From NCBI RefSeq assembly GCF_009914755.1, contig NC_060933.1: 64,000 nt of DNA. One strand, 5' to 3'. Positions within the stretch are counted from its first letter, which is position 1. The number at the start of each line of letters is the position of its first letter. The notes under the pieces are model-generated. The model was given only the letters and a program-made list of their open reading frames with translations, made no database searches and was not told the DNA's origin. The stretch is from the human T2T-CHM13v2.0 reference genome, Homo sapiens. This document shows, piece after piece, positions 24,204 to 38,100 of this stretch. The position numbers were made by a program, and so were the translations under genes.

Positions 24204-25464
24204 CAATCATGTACTACATAATATTTCAGTCAGTGGACAGCATGTGGCAGTGGTCACATAAGATTATAACGCAGCTGAAAAATTCCTGTTGTCTAATGAC
24301 ATCCTGGCTGTCATAACTGTCATGGCCGTCATGGCCATCTGAACATTGTAGTACAATGTATTCCTCATGTGTTTGTGGTGATGCTGATGTAAACAAGCAT
24401 CTGCACTGCCAGTTGTATAAAAGTGTAGCACATACAATTATGTACATACAATTATGCACACACAATTATGTACAACACATAATATTTTATAATGACAATA
24501 AACAATTTTGTTACCGGTTTATGTATTCACTGTACTATACCTTTCATCATTATTTTAGAGTGTACTCTTTCTACTTATATATAAAAAAAAGTTAATTGTA
24601 AAACAGCCTCTAGCAGGTCCTTCAGGACATATTCCAGAAGAAGGCATTGTTATCATAGGAGATGACGGTTCCATGCGTGTTATTGCCCCTGAAGACCTTC
24701 CAGTGGGTCAAGATATGGAGGTGAAAGACAGTGATATTGATGATCCTGACCCTGCGTAGGCCAAGGTAATGTGTGTGTTTGTGTCTTAGTTTTTAACAAA
24801 AACAGTTTAAAAAGTTTTAAAAAATTAAATTTTAAAATTAGAAAAAAAGCTTATAAAATAAGGATATAAAGAAAAAATATTTTTGTACAGTTATACAATG
24901 TGTGTTTTAAGCAGAGTAACTATAAAAGAGTCAAAGAGTTAAAAATTTTGAAAGTTTATAGCATAAAAAATTATAGTAAGCTAAGATTAATTTATTATTG
25001 AAGAAAGGAAAATTTATAAATTTAGTGTAGCCTAAGTGTACAGTGCTTATAAAGTCTACAGTAGTGCACAGTAATGGCCTAGACCTTCATGTTCATTCAC
25101 TACTCACTGATTAACCTAGAGCAACTTCCATTCCTTCAAGCTTCACTTCATTTTCAGTGCCTTATATAGGTGTACCATTTTTATCCTTTATACAGTATTT
25201 TTTTACTATCATTTTCTATGTTTAGATATGTTTAGATACACAAATATTTACTGTTGTGTTACAATTGCCTGCAGTATTCAAAACAGTAACATGCTGTATA
25301 GGTTTATAGCCTAGGAGCAATAGACTATACCATATAGCCTACGTTTGTAGTAGGCTAGACCATCTAGGTTTTGTAAATACACTCTATGATATTGGCACAA
25401 TGACAGAATTGCTTAATGATGCATTTCTCAGAACATAATCCCATTGTTAAGTGATGCATGACTG
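24204..25464 (+). mobile_element. Tigger3b (Tc1/mariner-pogo non-autonomous DNA transposon), near full length
   Basis: TIR remnants caatcatg...catgactg followed by TA; transposase C-terminal remnant EGIVIIGDDGSMRVIAPEDLPVGQDMEVKDSDIDDPDPA* at about 24640-24759. Confidence 0.93.
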
Positions 25465-27199
25465 TATATGTAAGTTCCAAACCTCAGCCAAGTATTTTCT
25501 TAGCTCATATACTGTTAATTATCTAGAGGATTGAGTAAAGAGCACAAAACTAGATAATGGGAAACAAAATGTAGCCCAAACACTGTGTAGTTGTATATGA
25601 CCAGGTGCCTCAGACTGATGAATGTCTCAAAGCCTAGAAGAGGCAGACTCAGGCAGGTCAATTCACAAGAGCCCCAAGATTATAAACTACTCAACTAACG
25701 CACTAATATAAGAGGTATATTTACCCTGGTAGCTGTAATTCATCCATAGTAACACCATCCCAACAACAGCATTTTTGAGATGCTAATAAAATGTTTTGCT
25801 GTAAGTATGGAATCAGATCAAATAAAATGAGAATGTTGAGTGGTATTTCATACAGATTGTGCTGAGAGCTAAATCCTCTTGTTTTTTGCACTGGGGGATA
25901 CCCCTCTTCTGTTACCGAGCAGTCACTAGAATTTCCAGAATTTGACCTTCAATTTTGTTATGCTACAGCCAATGTGACTCAATGTATGCATTTGAAAAAC
26001 ATATGACTTGGATTGAAATCTCCCAAGAAATTAAAAGAAAATAAGTTATTACTAATTCCTTAATTCCTCACTCATCCTTTCAGTTTATTTTTTTAAGTTT
26101 CTTAGTCATCTTTTTCTTTCAAGAGGTGCTGCAATTTCTTCATTAAATGCCACAGAGTTGATGAACACCTGACCCTCCAACAGAGACCATCTTTGCCAGA
26201 CTATTACTTTTTATATCAGTCCTGTCTTAATCTATATTTTTTTCTTCAAAAAAACCCTGTGTAATGTTTTATAGAACTTAGAACAAAATACAAATATCAC
26301 ATTTTCTTATAAACAAAACTAAAATATCTCTGGATAGTAAAAGTATGTGTCCACTTTTCCTCACACAAAATGAAAATGGTTCTCCTCATATGTAATCAGA
26401 CCATCTCACATTGTTGCATCCGAGATCAATAAATGCAAGTGAATTTCATGATTTTTCTTAAAAAGTTAAAATGTTGAATCCTGTCTTACTTTTCTTAACA
26501 CATAAGCATATGCTCCAAATGTTTTGTTTTGTATTGTTTTTGTGATAATAAAGCACTAAGTAATCCATCGGGGAAACAGAAGAAAAAGAAAATCAAAATA
26601 GAAACTCAAAACTTTTTTCTTTTTTATTATTTGAAATATAAATTTTGCTGTAACTCCTACTTGGAAAAGTGTCTAATCACTTTACAGGTATATATGTTGG
26701 CAGCACCCACTACACAGTTATTAGTGATAAGGTAACAGCAGATGAAAACACAAAATGAAAACATTTTGTGACTGTGGAGATCAAAGATGGTTTCTTACAA
26801 GATGAAAGAATAACAGTTGCTAAATGTTAATCAGTATAGAAGCCAATGTGTATATGTGTTTATGTTAATGTTTTATTTTATGTTGTGTTATAAAACAAAA
26901 AGAAAAAAATAGATTCGCCGGTATTTGAAGATGATTTGGAAATATACAAATGAAAAAAAAATGAGGTATTGAGAGGAAAAATATGTGGCAAAATATTACA
27001 CAACTATTCTGAAGCAAAAAAGTTATGACTTTATCTTGTTTAGTATTCTTATTTATGCACAAAAATATATCAAGAGTGTTGATGGTAGACATTTTTTAGG
27101 TTAAGTAAGAAGGAAAAATAGGTTATTTACTACTACTCTGTGAGGCTTTTAATAGGGTGAGAGACTTCCTAATAATATGTGGTTAAACATAAAATATAA

Positions 27200-27375
27200 A
27201 GTAGCCGGGATTTTTTAAATACAAAGAATTTATTTTTTAACGTTTTGGGGGGTCTGGAGGTCTGGCAAAAATAAGTATCTATATATGGATACACACAAAA
27301 TTTAGCGTGTAATTTCAGAGGGCTCATAGATTCTTTAGCACTCATCCAGAGGCATAAGTTAAAAACCTCAACTAC
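27200..27375. mobile_element. Possible hAT-Charlie-type fragment
   Basis: acacaaaatttagcgtgtaatttcagagggctca...aagttaaaaacctc resembles hAT MITE ends; weak. Confidence 0.35.
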
Positions 27376-28320
27376 ACAGAGAAAGCATACAATATATAGT
27401 TGTTACTGATGACTAATGTAGGCAAAATCTGTCCCCCCTGCTCCCCCACAAAGTGGTTCGGGAAGATAGTACTTACTTGAGTTTTGATAAATGTATACAG
27501 CTATTAAACTGCCACCACAAACATGATCTTGGACATCTTCATCACTCCAAAAACTTTCTTCATTCCCCTTTGCAAGCAATTTCCACCCCACCACCAGCCC
27601 TAGATAACCCAAGACCTACCTTCTGTTCTTGTTAATTAGATTTGGCTTTGTCTAGAGTTTCATATAAATGAATTCATACAGTTTGTACTCTTCTCTGTCA
27701 GCTTCTTTTGCTCAACATAATGTTTTTGAGATTCATCCATGTTGTTGTATATAACAGTAGTTTGCTCTTTTTGTTGATAGTAGTCCAATGTATGGATATA
27801 CTATTGATGGATAATTGTGTTACTTTCAATTTTGGGCTATAACGAACAAACCTGCTATGAACATTTGTGTGTAAGTTTTTGTGTAAACAGATGTCCTCAT
27901 TTTCTTGGGTAAAGATCCAGGATTACAATTGTTAGGTCATATGATAAAAGTAGATTTAACTTTAGGAGAAACTGCCAAAATGTTTTCCATAGTGGCTGTG
28001 CCATTTTACATTCCCACCAGCAATGTATGATAATTCCAGTTACTTCACATTCATGCCAATACTTGCTATTGCCGGTCTGTAAAATTCTAATGGCCAAAAT
28101 TAAAAACGAAAAGGGACATATACTGCATCTCATTGTAGTTTAACTTTGTATTTCCTTGATGGCTAATGATGTTGAATGTCTTTTTATGTGCTTATTGGCC
28201 ATTTGAATATTTATTTTTCATGAAGAGTCTGTTCAAATATTTTATTCATTTTAAAATTGGATTGTGTGTCTTATTTTTGAGATTTTAGAGTTCTTTATTC
28301 TGGGAAAGGATCCTTGGGAG

Positions 28321-28366
28321 ATATCTATATCTATATCTATCTATATCTATCTGTATCTATCTATAT
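28321..28366. repeat. (ATATCT/ATCT)n microsatellite
   Basis: atatctatatctatatctatctatatctatctgtatctatctatat. Confidence 0.9.
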
Positions 28367-30250
28367 AAAATTTTATTCCAATTTGAGACTTGCCTTTTCA
28401 TATCGCCAATGATAAATTTTGAAGAGCAGTTTTTCATTTTATTTTATCAATTCATAAATTAGTCTAAATATTACTATTTTTCTTTATTTTACATGCATTT
28501 TATGTGCTTCCAATAAATTTTAGCTAACTCAAGGTCAGACAGATTTCCCCCTTTGAGAGAGATAGACAGAGAGACAAGAAGAGAGAGAGGTAAGTTAAGG
28601 TTTGAAGTTCATTTTTCATCTTATAGATATCCAAATGTTCCAGATCAATTTGTTGAAAAGACAGTCATTTCCCCATTGAGTTGACTTTACTCCTTTAGCA
28701 GAAGTCAATTGACAAAATATTCATGGATCTATACTGGCAGACCCTTGATTGTCTGCCATTAATCTGTTTGCTTAAACTTACATAAATATTATACATTTTA
28801 GTATACTCTTATCTTGATAGTAAATTTTAAAGTCTGGTAGTACATTCCTGAACTATGTTCTTTTTCAAAATTATTTGAATTTCTGTATGAACTTTAGAAT
28901 TAACTCATTACTTTATAAAAAATGCTTTTTAGAGTTTCCATTGGAATTTTATTGAATCCATAGATGAATGTGGACTTTTGTTGAATTCATGGAATTGAAT
29001 GAACTTCTATTGAATCCATAGATAAATGTGAATAGAATTGACATCTGACCGACAATAGTCCTCCAATTCATGGAGAGCATATATTTCACCATGTACTCAG
29101 GTCTTGAAGTTTCTACCAGGATTGTTTTATAGCTTGCAGTGTATAGGTCTTTCAAATGTTTTATTAAATCTATTCCTCAGTATTGCTTATTTTTTAAATG
29201 CTATTGTAAATAGTATTAAAGGTCCATGTCCATTTTTAATTGTTTGATACTAGTGTATAGAAATAACATTTGATTTTTGTATACTGATTTATTATCCTGT
29301 AACTTTGCTTTGCTAAACTCAGGTACTAAGTCTAGTAACTTTTGGTTTATACTTTTTTGTACTTTTTACATATAGAATCAAGTCATCTATGAATAAGTAT
29401 ATTTCATTTGTTTCTATCTGCTTTCTATTTATTTTTCTTGCTTTAGTGTAGTAGCTAGGAAGTTGCATAAAATATTTAAAGGAAGTAGTGAAAGGGAACA
29501 TCTTTAATGTTTCCTTGACTTTTCAGGTAGGATATTCGTATTTTACCATTAAGTATGATATTAACTGTAGAACATATTTCATAGATGTCCTTTATTAGCT
29601 TGAGACTATTCCCTTTTTTCATAGTCTGTTCAGATTTTTCTGTCAAGAGTGCTGAATTTTTCAAATGCTTTTTCTGCATCTATTGAAAAAATACGTGTCT
29701 CTCCTTATTTCATTTACTATGATTAATTATGCTGATTAATTTTGAATATTAAACCAAATTTGTATTCTTAGAATAAACTTCATTTGTTCATGGCATGCTA
29801 CTCTTTGCATACACTGATAGTATTGATGGATTCAATTTGCTAATATTTTGGTAAGATTCTTTTCTGTGTTCAGGAAGCATAGTCTGTAGCTTATAATTTA
29901 GTTTTGTTAATTTTTTGCTGTTTAGGTGTTTTTGGAATTTTTGGAATTTTTGCCTGGTTTTAGTATCAGGGTAATGTTGGTTTCATAAAACAGTTGGTAT
30001 ATGTGCTTCCCTCCTCTAATTTTTAAAAGTATTTTTGTAAGAGAGTTATTATCTTTTTTGAATTTATAGAATTTATTGTGAAGTCATTTTTCTTTGTGGG
30101 AAAGTGTTTCATTAGGAATATGTTTAACTGAAGTAGAAATATGCACATTCTACTTCTTCATAAATCAGTTTTTGTAATTTTTGTCTTTCAATGAATTTTC
30201 TCATTTCCTCTAAATTGCTGTGTTTACTGGCAATATACAAATATAATGTC

Positions 30251-30324
30251 CCCGTCTCTTTGTCCCTGCTCCCCCTGTGCCTTTTGCCACGAGTGAAAGC
30301 TTCTTGAGGCCTCACCGGAAGCCA
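30251..30324 (+). mobile_element. Short MST LTR fragment embedded in L1
   Basis: 30265-30324 matches 32758-32817 at 54/60 positions without gaps. Confidence 0.85.
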
Positions 30325-30361
30325 TTTATTTATATAAATTCTTACTATTTTACTATATGTA

Positions 30362-30547
30362 ACAGGGCTCAGCAAACTTTTTCTATTAAAAGCCAATTAG
30401 TATATACCTTAGGCATTGGAGGACATATGGTCTCTTACAGCTTCTTAAATCTGCTACTGTAGCATGGAAGAAGTCTTAATGAAACTGTATCTGTGAAGTG
30501 GTAGATAGGACAAGATTTTGCCCACGGGCCATAGTTTGTGATTCCTT
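30362..30547 (+). mobile_element. MER58A (hAT-Charlie)
   Basis: cagggctcagcaaactttttctattaaaagcca...gcccacgggccatagtttg. Confidence 0.85.
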
Positions 30548-30934
30548 CATCTGTAGGATCTGTCATGTGGTATATGCTTTATTCACTAATGTTGGTAATT
30601 TCTGTCTTCTCTCCCTCTTTTTTTTTTGATTACTCTAGTTTGAGGTTTATCAATTTTATTGAATTAAAGAAGCAAGCTCTAAATTTTATTGTTTAATTTT
30701 CATTAATTTTGTTATGTATTTGTAAATATCCATTTTATTGCATTAATTTCTGCTGTTTCTTGTTTTCTACATTCTAATTATTTTTAGTTGAATTTTCTCT
30801 TCTTTATCTAGTTTCTCAAGGTTGGTACTTAGACAAATTATCTTAAATATTTAATCTTTTCTAATACAACCATTTAAAACTGTAAATTTCATTCTAAGTA
30901 CTGCCTTATGCAGTACTTACGCAGATTTGATGAG

Positions 30935-31470
30935 TTCATATTTCCCTGAATTTTCTTGATGTTTGTGGACATATGTTGATGGTTGGACAATAAAAAATTA
31001 TATATTTATTCCAATCTTTGTAACAGTCTTTATTCAGAGGGCCTTCCAGGAATTCAAAGGAGACTGACTGTTGGGCGCCTGTAGTAACTGCAGCCATTCC
31101 AGCACAAGAGGACATCCTAAGGCCGAGTTCATGGTGACTCTGGCAGACTCTGAAGTTCCTGACCTGAATGGGCCTGGGGGAGATGAGGGAGGGTTTTCTG
31201 GGTTCCAAGGCAAAGTCTCTCATTCACTTTCCTCCCCTTTCCCCAAGGGAAAGAAGTCTGTTATTACAGTGTGCTGCCTAGAGTTTGAGGAGGGGTGATG
31301 CAGTCAATGCAAGACTGTTTTTTCTGTCCTCTTTGATGTGTCTTTTACCATTATGCTAAAACAAGGTCCTGTTTATTTAGTTCTCGTGAAGGTATTTTCT
31401 TCAGTGGTTGTTTCAAATTGATGTTTCTGTGGGGAGATGATCATTAGAGGTTTTTATTCTGCCATCTTCC
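30935..31470 (-). mobile_element. L1M2/L1M3-type 5'UTR fragment
   Basis: Ends in tattctgccatcttcc (ggaagatggcagaata on the minus strand), the typical L1 5' start with a YY1-like core. Confidence 0.6.
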
Positions 31471-32246
31471 AGTGGGAGAAGATCATTTGTTTAACAATTT
31501 GAGGAAATGCCAAACTGTTTTCCATAGCAGCTGCATCATTTTGCATAATTTCCAACAACATAGGATGTTTCTCATTGTTCCACATTCTTGCCGAAACTTT
31601 CTTTTATTGTTTTTTAATTATAGCCATCCTAGTGGATATAAAGTGGTATCTTCTTATGATTTATGTTTGCATTTTCCTGATGAAGATGCTGAGCATCTTT
31701 GTATTAGCTATGACCCTTTGCATCTCCCTTGGAGATATGTCTATTGAAGTCTTTGACTATTTTTTAAGTGGGAAGTTTGTCTTTTAGTTGTCGAGTTGTA
31801 AGAATTCTTCATACATTCTAGATACTAAACTCTTATCAAATATATGGCTTGCAAATATTTTCTCCCATTCTGTAGTTTGTCTTTTTCACTTTCTTGATAG
31901 TGTTCTTTTCTGCACAAAAGTTTTAAATTTTGATGAAATTCAATTTAACTATTTATTTTGTTGCATGTATTTTTTATGACATTTCAAATAATCCACTGCC
32001 AATGCCAAGGCCATAAAATTTTATCTCTATATTTTCTTCTAAATTTTATAGTTTTAACTCTTTGATTTAGGCCTTTGATCCATTTTGAGTTCATTTCTGT
32101 ATATGGTATGAGGTACGGATCCAACTTCATTCTTTTGTATGTGGATATTCAGTTGTGACAGTACCAGTTTTATGGAGAAATGATTTTTCTCCATTAAATG
32201 ATTTTGGCACCTGATATGGTTTGGATATTTGTCCCCTTCAAATCTT

Positions 32247-32544
<298 letters not shown>

Positions 32545-32888
32545 TTCAAATCTTATATTGAAACTTGATCCCCACTGTTGGAGGTATAGCCTGGTGGGAG
32601 GTTGGGTGTTGGGAGTGGATCCCTCATGAATGGCTTAGTGTCCTTCCCATGGTAATGAGTGACTTCTCTCTCCATAGTTCACATGAGAGTTTATTTTTTA
32701 AAAGATCCTGATACCTCCTCCTCTCTCTTTCTTGTTCCCGTCTCTCTGCAGAGCATGCCTGCTCCCCCTGTGCCTTCTGCCATGAGTAAAATCTTCTTGA
32801 GACCTCACTGGAAGCCAAGCAGATGTTTGTGCCATGGTTGGACAGCCTGCAGAACCATGAGCAAATAAGACTCCTTTCTTCATGTTAC

Positions 32889-35156
32889 TATATTAGTCTA
32901 TTTGCACATTGCTGTAAAGATACTACCTGAGATTGGGTAATTTATAAAGGAAAGAGGTTTAATTGACTCACAGTTCTACATGGCTCAGGAGGTCTCAGGG
33001 AACTTACAATCATGGCAGAAGGTGAAGGAAAACAAGGCACATTTTCTCATGGAGGCAGGAGATAGATAGAGAACCGAGAGGAAACTGCCACTTTAAAACC
33101 ATCAGATCCTATGAGAACTCCTTCACTATCATGAGAACAGCATTAGGGAAACCATCCCCATGATCTGATTACCTCCCACTAGGTCCCTACCTCGATATTT
33201 GGGGATTACAATTCCAGATGAGATTTGGGTGAAGACACAGAGCCAAACCATATCATTCTGTCTCTGGCCTCTCCCAGAGCTCATGTCCTTTTCACATTTC
33301 AAAACCAATCATGCCTTCCCAACAGTCCCCCAGTCTTAATGCATTTCAGCATTAACTCAAAAGTCCAAGTCCAAAGACTCATCTAAGACAAGGGAAGTCC
33401 CTTCTGCCTATGAGCCTGTAAAATCAAAAGCAAGTTAGTTACTTCCTAGATACAATGGGGTTACAGGCATTGAGTAACTGTTCCAATTCCAAATTGGAGA
33501 AATTGGCCAAAACAAAGGGGCCATAGGCCTAACGCAAGTCTGAAACCTGGCCAGGCAGTGATTGAATCTTAAAGCTTCAAAATCTCCACTCCATGTCTCA
33601 CATCCAGGGCACGTTCATGCAAGGAATGGGTTCCCACAGCTTTGGGCAGCTCCACTTTGGTGGCTCTGTGGGGTACAGCCCCTATGGCTTCTTTCACAGG
33701 CTGGCATTAAGTGCCTGTGGCTTTTCTAGTCACATGGTGCAAGCTATTGGTAGACCTATCTTTGTGGGGTCTGGAGGATGGTGGCCCTCATCTCATAGCT
33801 CCATTAGGCAGTGCCCCAGTGGGGACTCTGTGTGGAGGCTCCAACCCCACATTTCCGTTCTGCACTGCCCTGGCAGATGTTCTCCATGAGGGCTTCCACC
33901 CATACATCCTGTGAAATCTAGGCAGAGGTTCTCAAAGCTCAACTATTGTCTTCTGCACACATCCAGGACCAACACCATGTGGAAGCTGCCAAGACTTGGG
34001 GATTTCACCCTCTGAAGCAATGGCCCCTAGCTGCACCTTGGCCCCTTTTAGCCACTGCTGGAGCTGGAACACCTGAAATGCAGGGAACCAAGTCCTAAGG
34101 CTGCACAGAGCAGCCGGGCCCTGGGCCCAGCCCACAGAATCATTTTTCCCTTCTGGGCCCCCGAGCCTGTGATGGGAGGGGCTGCCATCAAGATCTCTGA
34201 CATGCCCTGAAGACATTTTCCCATTGTCCTGGCCATTAAAATTAGGCTACTTATTACTTCTGCAGATTTCTGCAGCCAGCTTGAATTCCTCCCCAGAAAA
34301 TGGGTTTCTCTTTTCTACTGCATGGTCAGGCTACAAAATTTCTAAGCCTTCATGCCCTGCTTCTCTTTTAAACATAAATTCCAATTTCAAAACATTTCTT
34401 TGTGAACACATATAACTGAATGCTTTCAGAATAAGCCAGGTGACATCTTGAATTTTTTGCTGCTTAAGACATTTCCTCCACCATTTCTCAAGTTCATCTC
34501 TCTCGAGTTCAAAGTTCCACAGATCTCTAGGGCAGGGGCAAAATGCCACAAGTCTCTTTGCTAAAGCACAGTTAAGAGTGACCTTTACTCCAGTTCCCAA
34601 TAAGTTCCTCATCTCCATCTGAGACCACCTCAGCCTGTACTTCATTGTCCACATCACTATTAGCGTTTTGGTCAAAACCATTCAACAAGTCTCTAGGAAT
34701 TTCCAAACTTTCCCACATCTTCCTGTCTTCTTCTGAGCCCTCAAAACTGTTACAACCACTGCCTGTTACCCAGTTCCAAAGTTGCTTTCACATTTTCAGG
34801 TTATTTTATAGCTGTACCCCACTCTGCTGGTACTAATTCTCTGTATTAGTCCATTTTCACACTGCTATAAAGATACTACTTGAGACTGGGTAATTTATAA
34901 AGGAAAAAAGTTTAATTGACTCATAGTTCCACATGGCTGAGGAGGCCTCAGGAAACTTACAATCATGGTGGAAGGCAAAGGGGAAGCAAGGCATATCTTA
35001 TGGTAGGAGAAGAAACAGAGAAGATGGGGAAAATTGTCACTTTTAAACAATGAGCTCTCTGAAGAACTCCCTCACTATCCGAAGAGCCAGGGGGAATCCT
35101 TCCCCATGATCCAATTGCCTCCCACCCAGACCCTCCCTCAACACATGGGGATTATA
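32889..35156 (-). mobile_element. THE1D-like MaLR provirus: LTR 32889-33255, internal region 33256-34841, truncated LTR 34842-35156
   Basis: Two homologous LTRs flank about 1.6 kb of THE1/MST-int sequence; no intact ORF. Confidence 0.92.
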
Positions 35157-38100
35157 GTTATCCAGTCTCAGGTATTTCTTTGTAGCAAGACCAAATAGAC
35201 TAACCCAGTGTCCTTAATGATAATCAATTGGTCATAGATATCTAGATTCATTTCTGTAGTTTTGATTATATTCCATTCCTTTATGTAACTATACTTATTC
35301 TAGTACTATACTATTTTGATATCACACTGTAGCTTGGTAAAACCTTGAAATAGGAAAGTGAGTACTCTAAACTTTTCTTCAAGTTTGCTTTGACTATATG
35401 TGGCCCTTTAAAATTCCGTGTGAAATCAAGGATAGGCTTTTCTATTTCTATAAAAAAAACGATTGTTTCAATTTTGATAAATATTGTGTTGAATTGCTTT
35501 GAGTAATAGTCTATTAAATTATTTTTTTAACCTTTGTGGGTACACAGTGGTGTATACATTCATGGAGTACCTGAAATATTTTGGTATAGATATGCATATC
35601 ATGGAAAATTGGGTATACATTTCCTCAGGCATTTATCCTTTGTGTTACAAACAATTCAGTTATATATTTTTAGTTATCTTTAAATATGCTATTAAATTAT
35701 TATTGACTATAGTCACCCTGTTAGGCTATCAAATACTGGTTCTTATTCATTCTTTCCATGTTTTGTTTTTGTCTTTTTCCCATTAACCACCCCTACTGCC
35801 ATCCCATGTTTCCACTAACCTTCCCAGCCTCTGGTAACCATCTTTCTACTCTCTATCTCTCTATCTTCATGAGTTCAATTTTTTTGATTTTTGGACCCCA
35901 TGAATAAGTGAGAATATGTGAAGTTCATCTTTTTGTGCCTGGCTTATTTCACTTAACATAAGGACTTCCAGTTCCATCCAGGTTGTTGCAAATGACAGAA
36001 TCTCATTTTTTTTTCTTTATGGCTGAAGAGTACAACACTGTTTATATGTACCACATTTTCTTTATCCATTCATCTGCTGATGGACACTTAGGTTCCTTCT
36101 AAACCTTGGCTATTGGGAATGGTGCTGCAGCAAACATGGCAATGCCAATGTCTCTTTGATATACTGACTTTCTTTCTTTTGGGTATATACCCAGCAGTGG
36201 GATTGCTGGATCCTGTGATAGCTCTAATTTTAGCTTTTTGAGGAACCTCCAAACTTTTCTCTATAGTGGTCCTACTAATTTACATTCCCACCAACAGTGT
36301 ACAAGGGCTCCCTTTTCTCCGCATCCTCATCAGCATTTGTTATTTTTATCTTTTTTATAATAAACATTTTAACTGGGGTGAGGTGATATCTCATTGTAGT
36401 TTTGATTTGCATTTCTCTGATGATCAATGATGTTGAGCACCTTTTCATATTCCTGTTTGCCATTTGTATGTCTTGTTTTGAGAAATGTCTATTCAAATCT
36501 TCTCCCTATTTTTAAATTGAATTATTAGATTTTTTTCCTCTAGAGTTGTTTGAGCTCCTTATATATTATAGTTATTAATCCATTGTCAGATGGGTAGTTT
36601 GCAAATATTTTTTTCTTATTCTATGGGTTGTCTCTTCACTTTGCTGATTGTTTTATTTGCTGTGCAGATGTTTTTTACTTGATGTTATCCCACTTGTCCA
36701 TGTTTGCTTTGCTTGCCTGTGCTTACTGTGTATTACTCAAGAAATATTTCCCCAGATCAATGTCCTGGAGAGTTTCCCTAATGTTTTCTTGTAGTTGTTT
36801 CATAGTTTGAGGTCTTAGATTTAAGTCTTTAATCCACTTTGATTTGATTTTTGCATGTGACAAGAGATAGTGGTATTTCTGCATATGGATATTCAGTTTT
36901 CTCATCACCATTTATTGAAGAGACTGTCTTTTCTCCAATGTGTGTTTTTGGCACCTTTGTCAAAAATGACTTCACTGTACATGTGTGGAGTTAATTCTCA
37001 GTTCTCTATTATGTTTCACTAGCTTATGTATCTGTTTTTATACCTGTACCATGCTCTTTTGGTTGCTATAGCTCTGTAGTATAATTTGAAGTCAGGTAAT
37101 GTGATTCCTCCAGTTTTGTTCTGTTTGCTTAAGATAGCTATGGCTATTCTGGGTCTTTTGTGGTTCTATGTAAATTTTACAATTATTTTTTCTTTTTCTG
37201 TGAAAAATATCATTGGTATTTTGATAGAGATTGCATTGAATGTACTCTGGGTAGTATGGGCATTTCAACAATATTGATTCTTCCAATCCATGAGTGTGGG
37301 ATATCTTTCCCTCTTTTATTCCTCTTCCATTTCTTTCATCAGCATTTTATAGTTTTTATTGTAAAGATCTTTCACTTTTTTGGTTTATTTTTGTGTTTTA
37401 AATTTCATTTGTGGCTATGATAAATTTTTATGAAAGTTTTTACATTTCATTTTCAGATTGTTCACTTTTGGCATATAGAAATGCTACTAATTTTTGTATA
37501 TTGATTTTGCATCCTGCAACTTTATTGAACTTTTTTTAGTCCTAATAGCTTTTTTGGTGGATTCTTTAGGTTTTTCTAAATATAAGATCCTATCATTTAC
37601 AAACAAGGATAAATTTGACTTCTTCCTTTCCAGTTTGGATATCCTTTCTTTCTTTCTCTTGTCTGATTGCTCTAGCTAGGACTTCCAGTACTATGTTGAA
37701 TAACAGTGCTGAAAGTGGGCTTCGTTGTCGTGTTCCAGATCTTAGAGAATGGTATTTTGTTTTTTTCCCATTCAGTATGATACTAGCTGTGGGCGTTTTA
37801 TATATGGCTGTTATATGTTGAGGTATGTTTGTTCTGTACCCCATTTTTTTGAGGGTTTTAATCATGAAAGGATGTTGAATTTTAACAAATGTTTTTTCAG
37901 CATCAACTGAAATGATTATATGGTTTTTGTCCTTCATTCTGTTGATATGATGTAGCAAATTGATTGATTTATGTATGGTGAACCATCCTTGCATCCCCTG
38001 GATAAATTCCACTTGATCATGAGGAATGATCTTTCCAATGTATTTATTCAGTTTGCTAGTATTTTGTTGAAGATTTTTGCATCAATGTTCATTAGAGATA

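Larger units (their letters stand above)
27460..30930 (-). mobile_element. Old L1ME-like LINE (3'UTR and ORF2), outermost host of the nested block
   Basis: L1ME 3'UTR motifs; ORF2-like peptides 27897..28133 (HCWWECKMAQPLWK), 28949..29155 and 29476..29679 on the minus strand. Confidence 0.85.

Noticed and set aside
33593-34836. Dense cluster of overlapping ORFs
   Set aside because: They come from the GC-richer THE1 internal region; none is intact.
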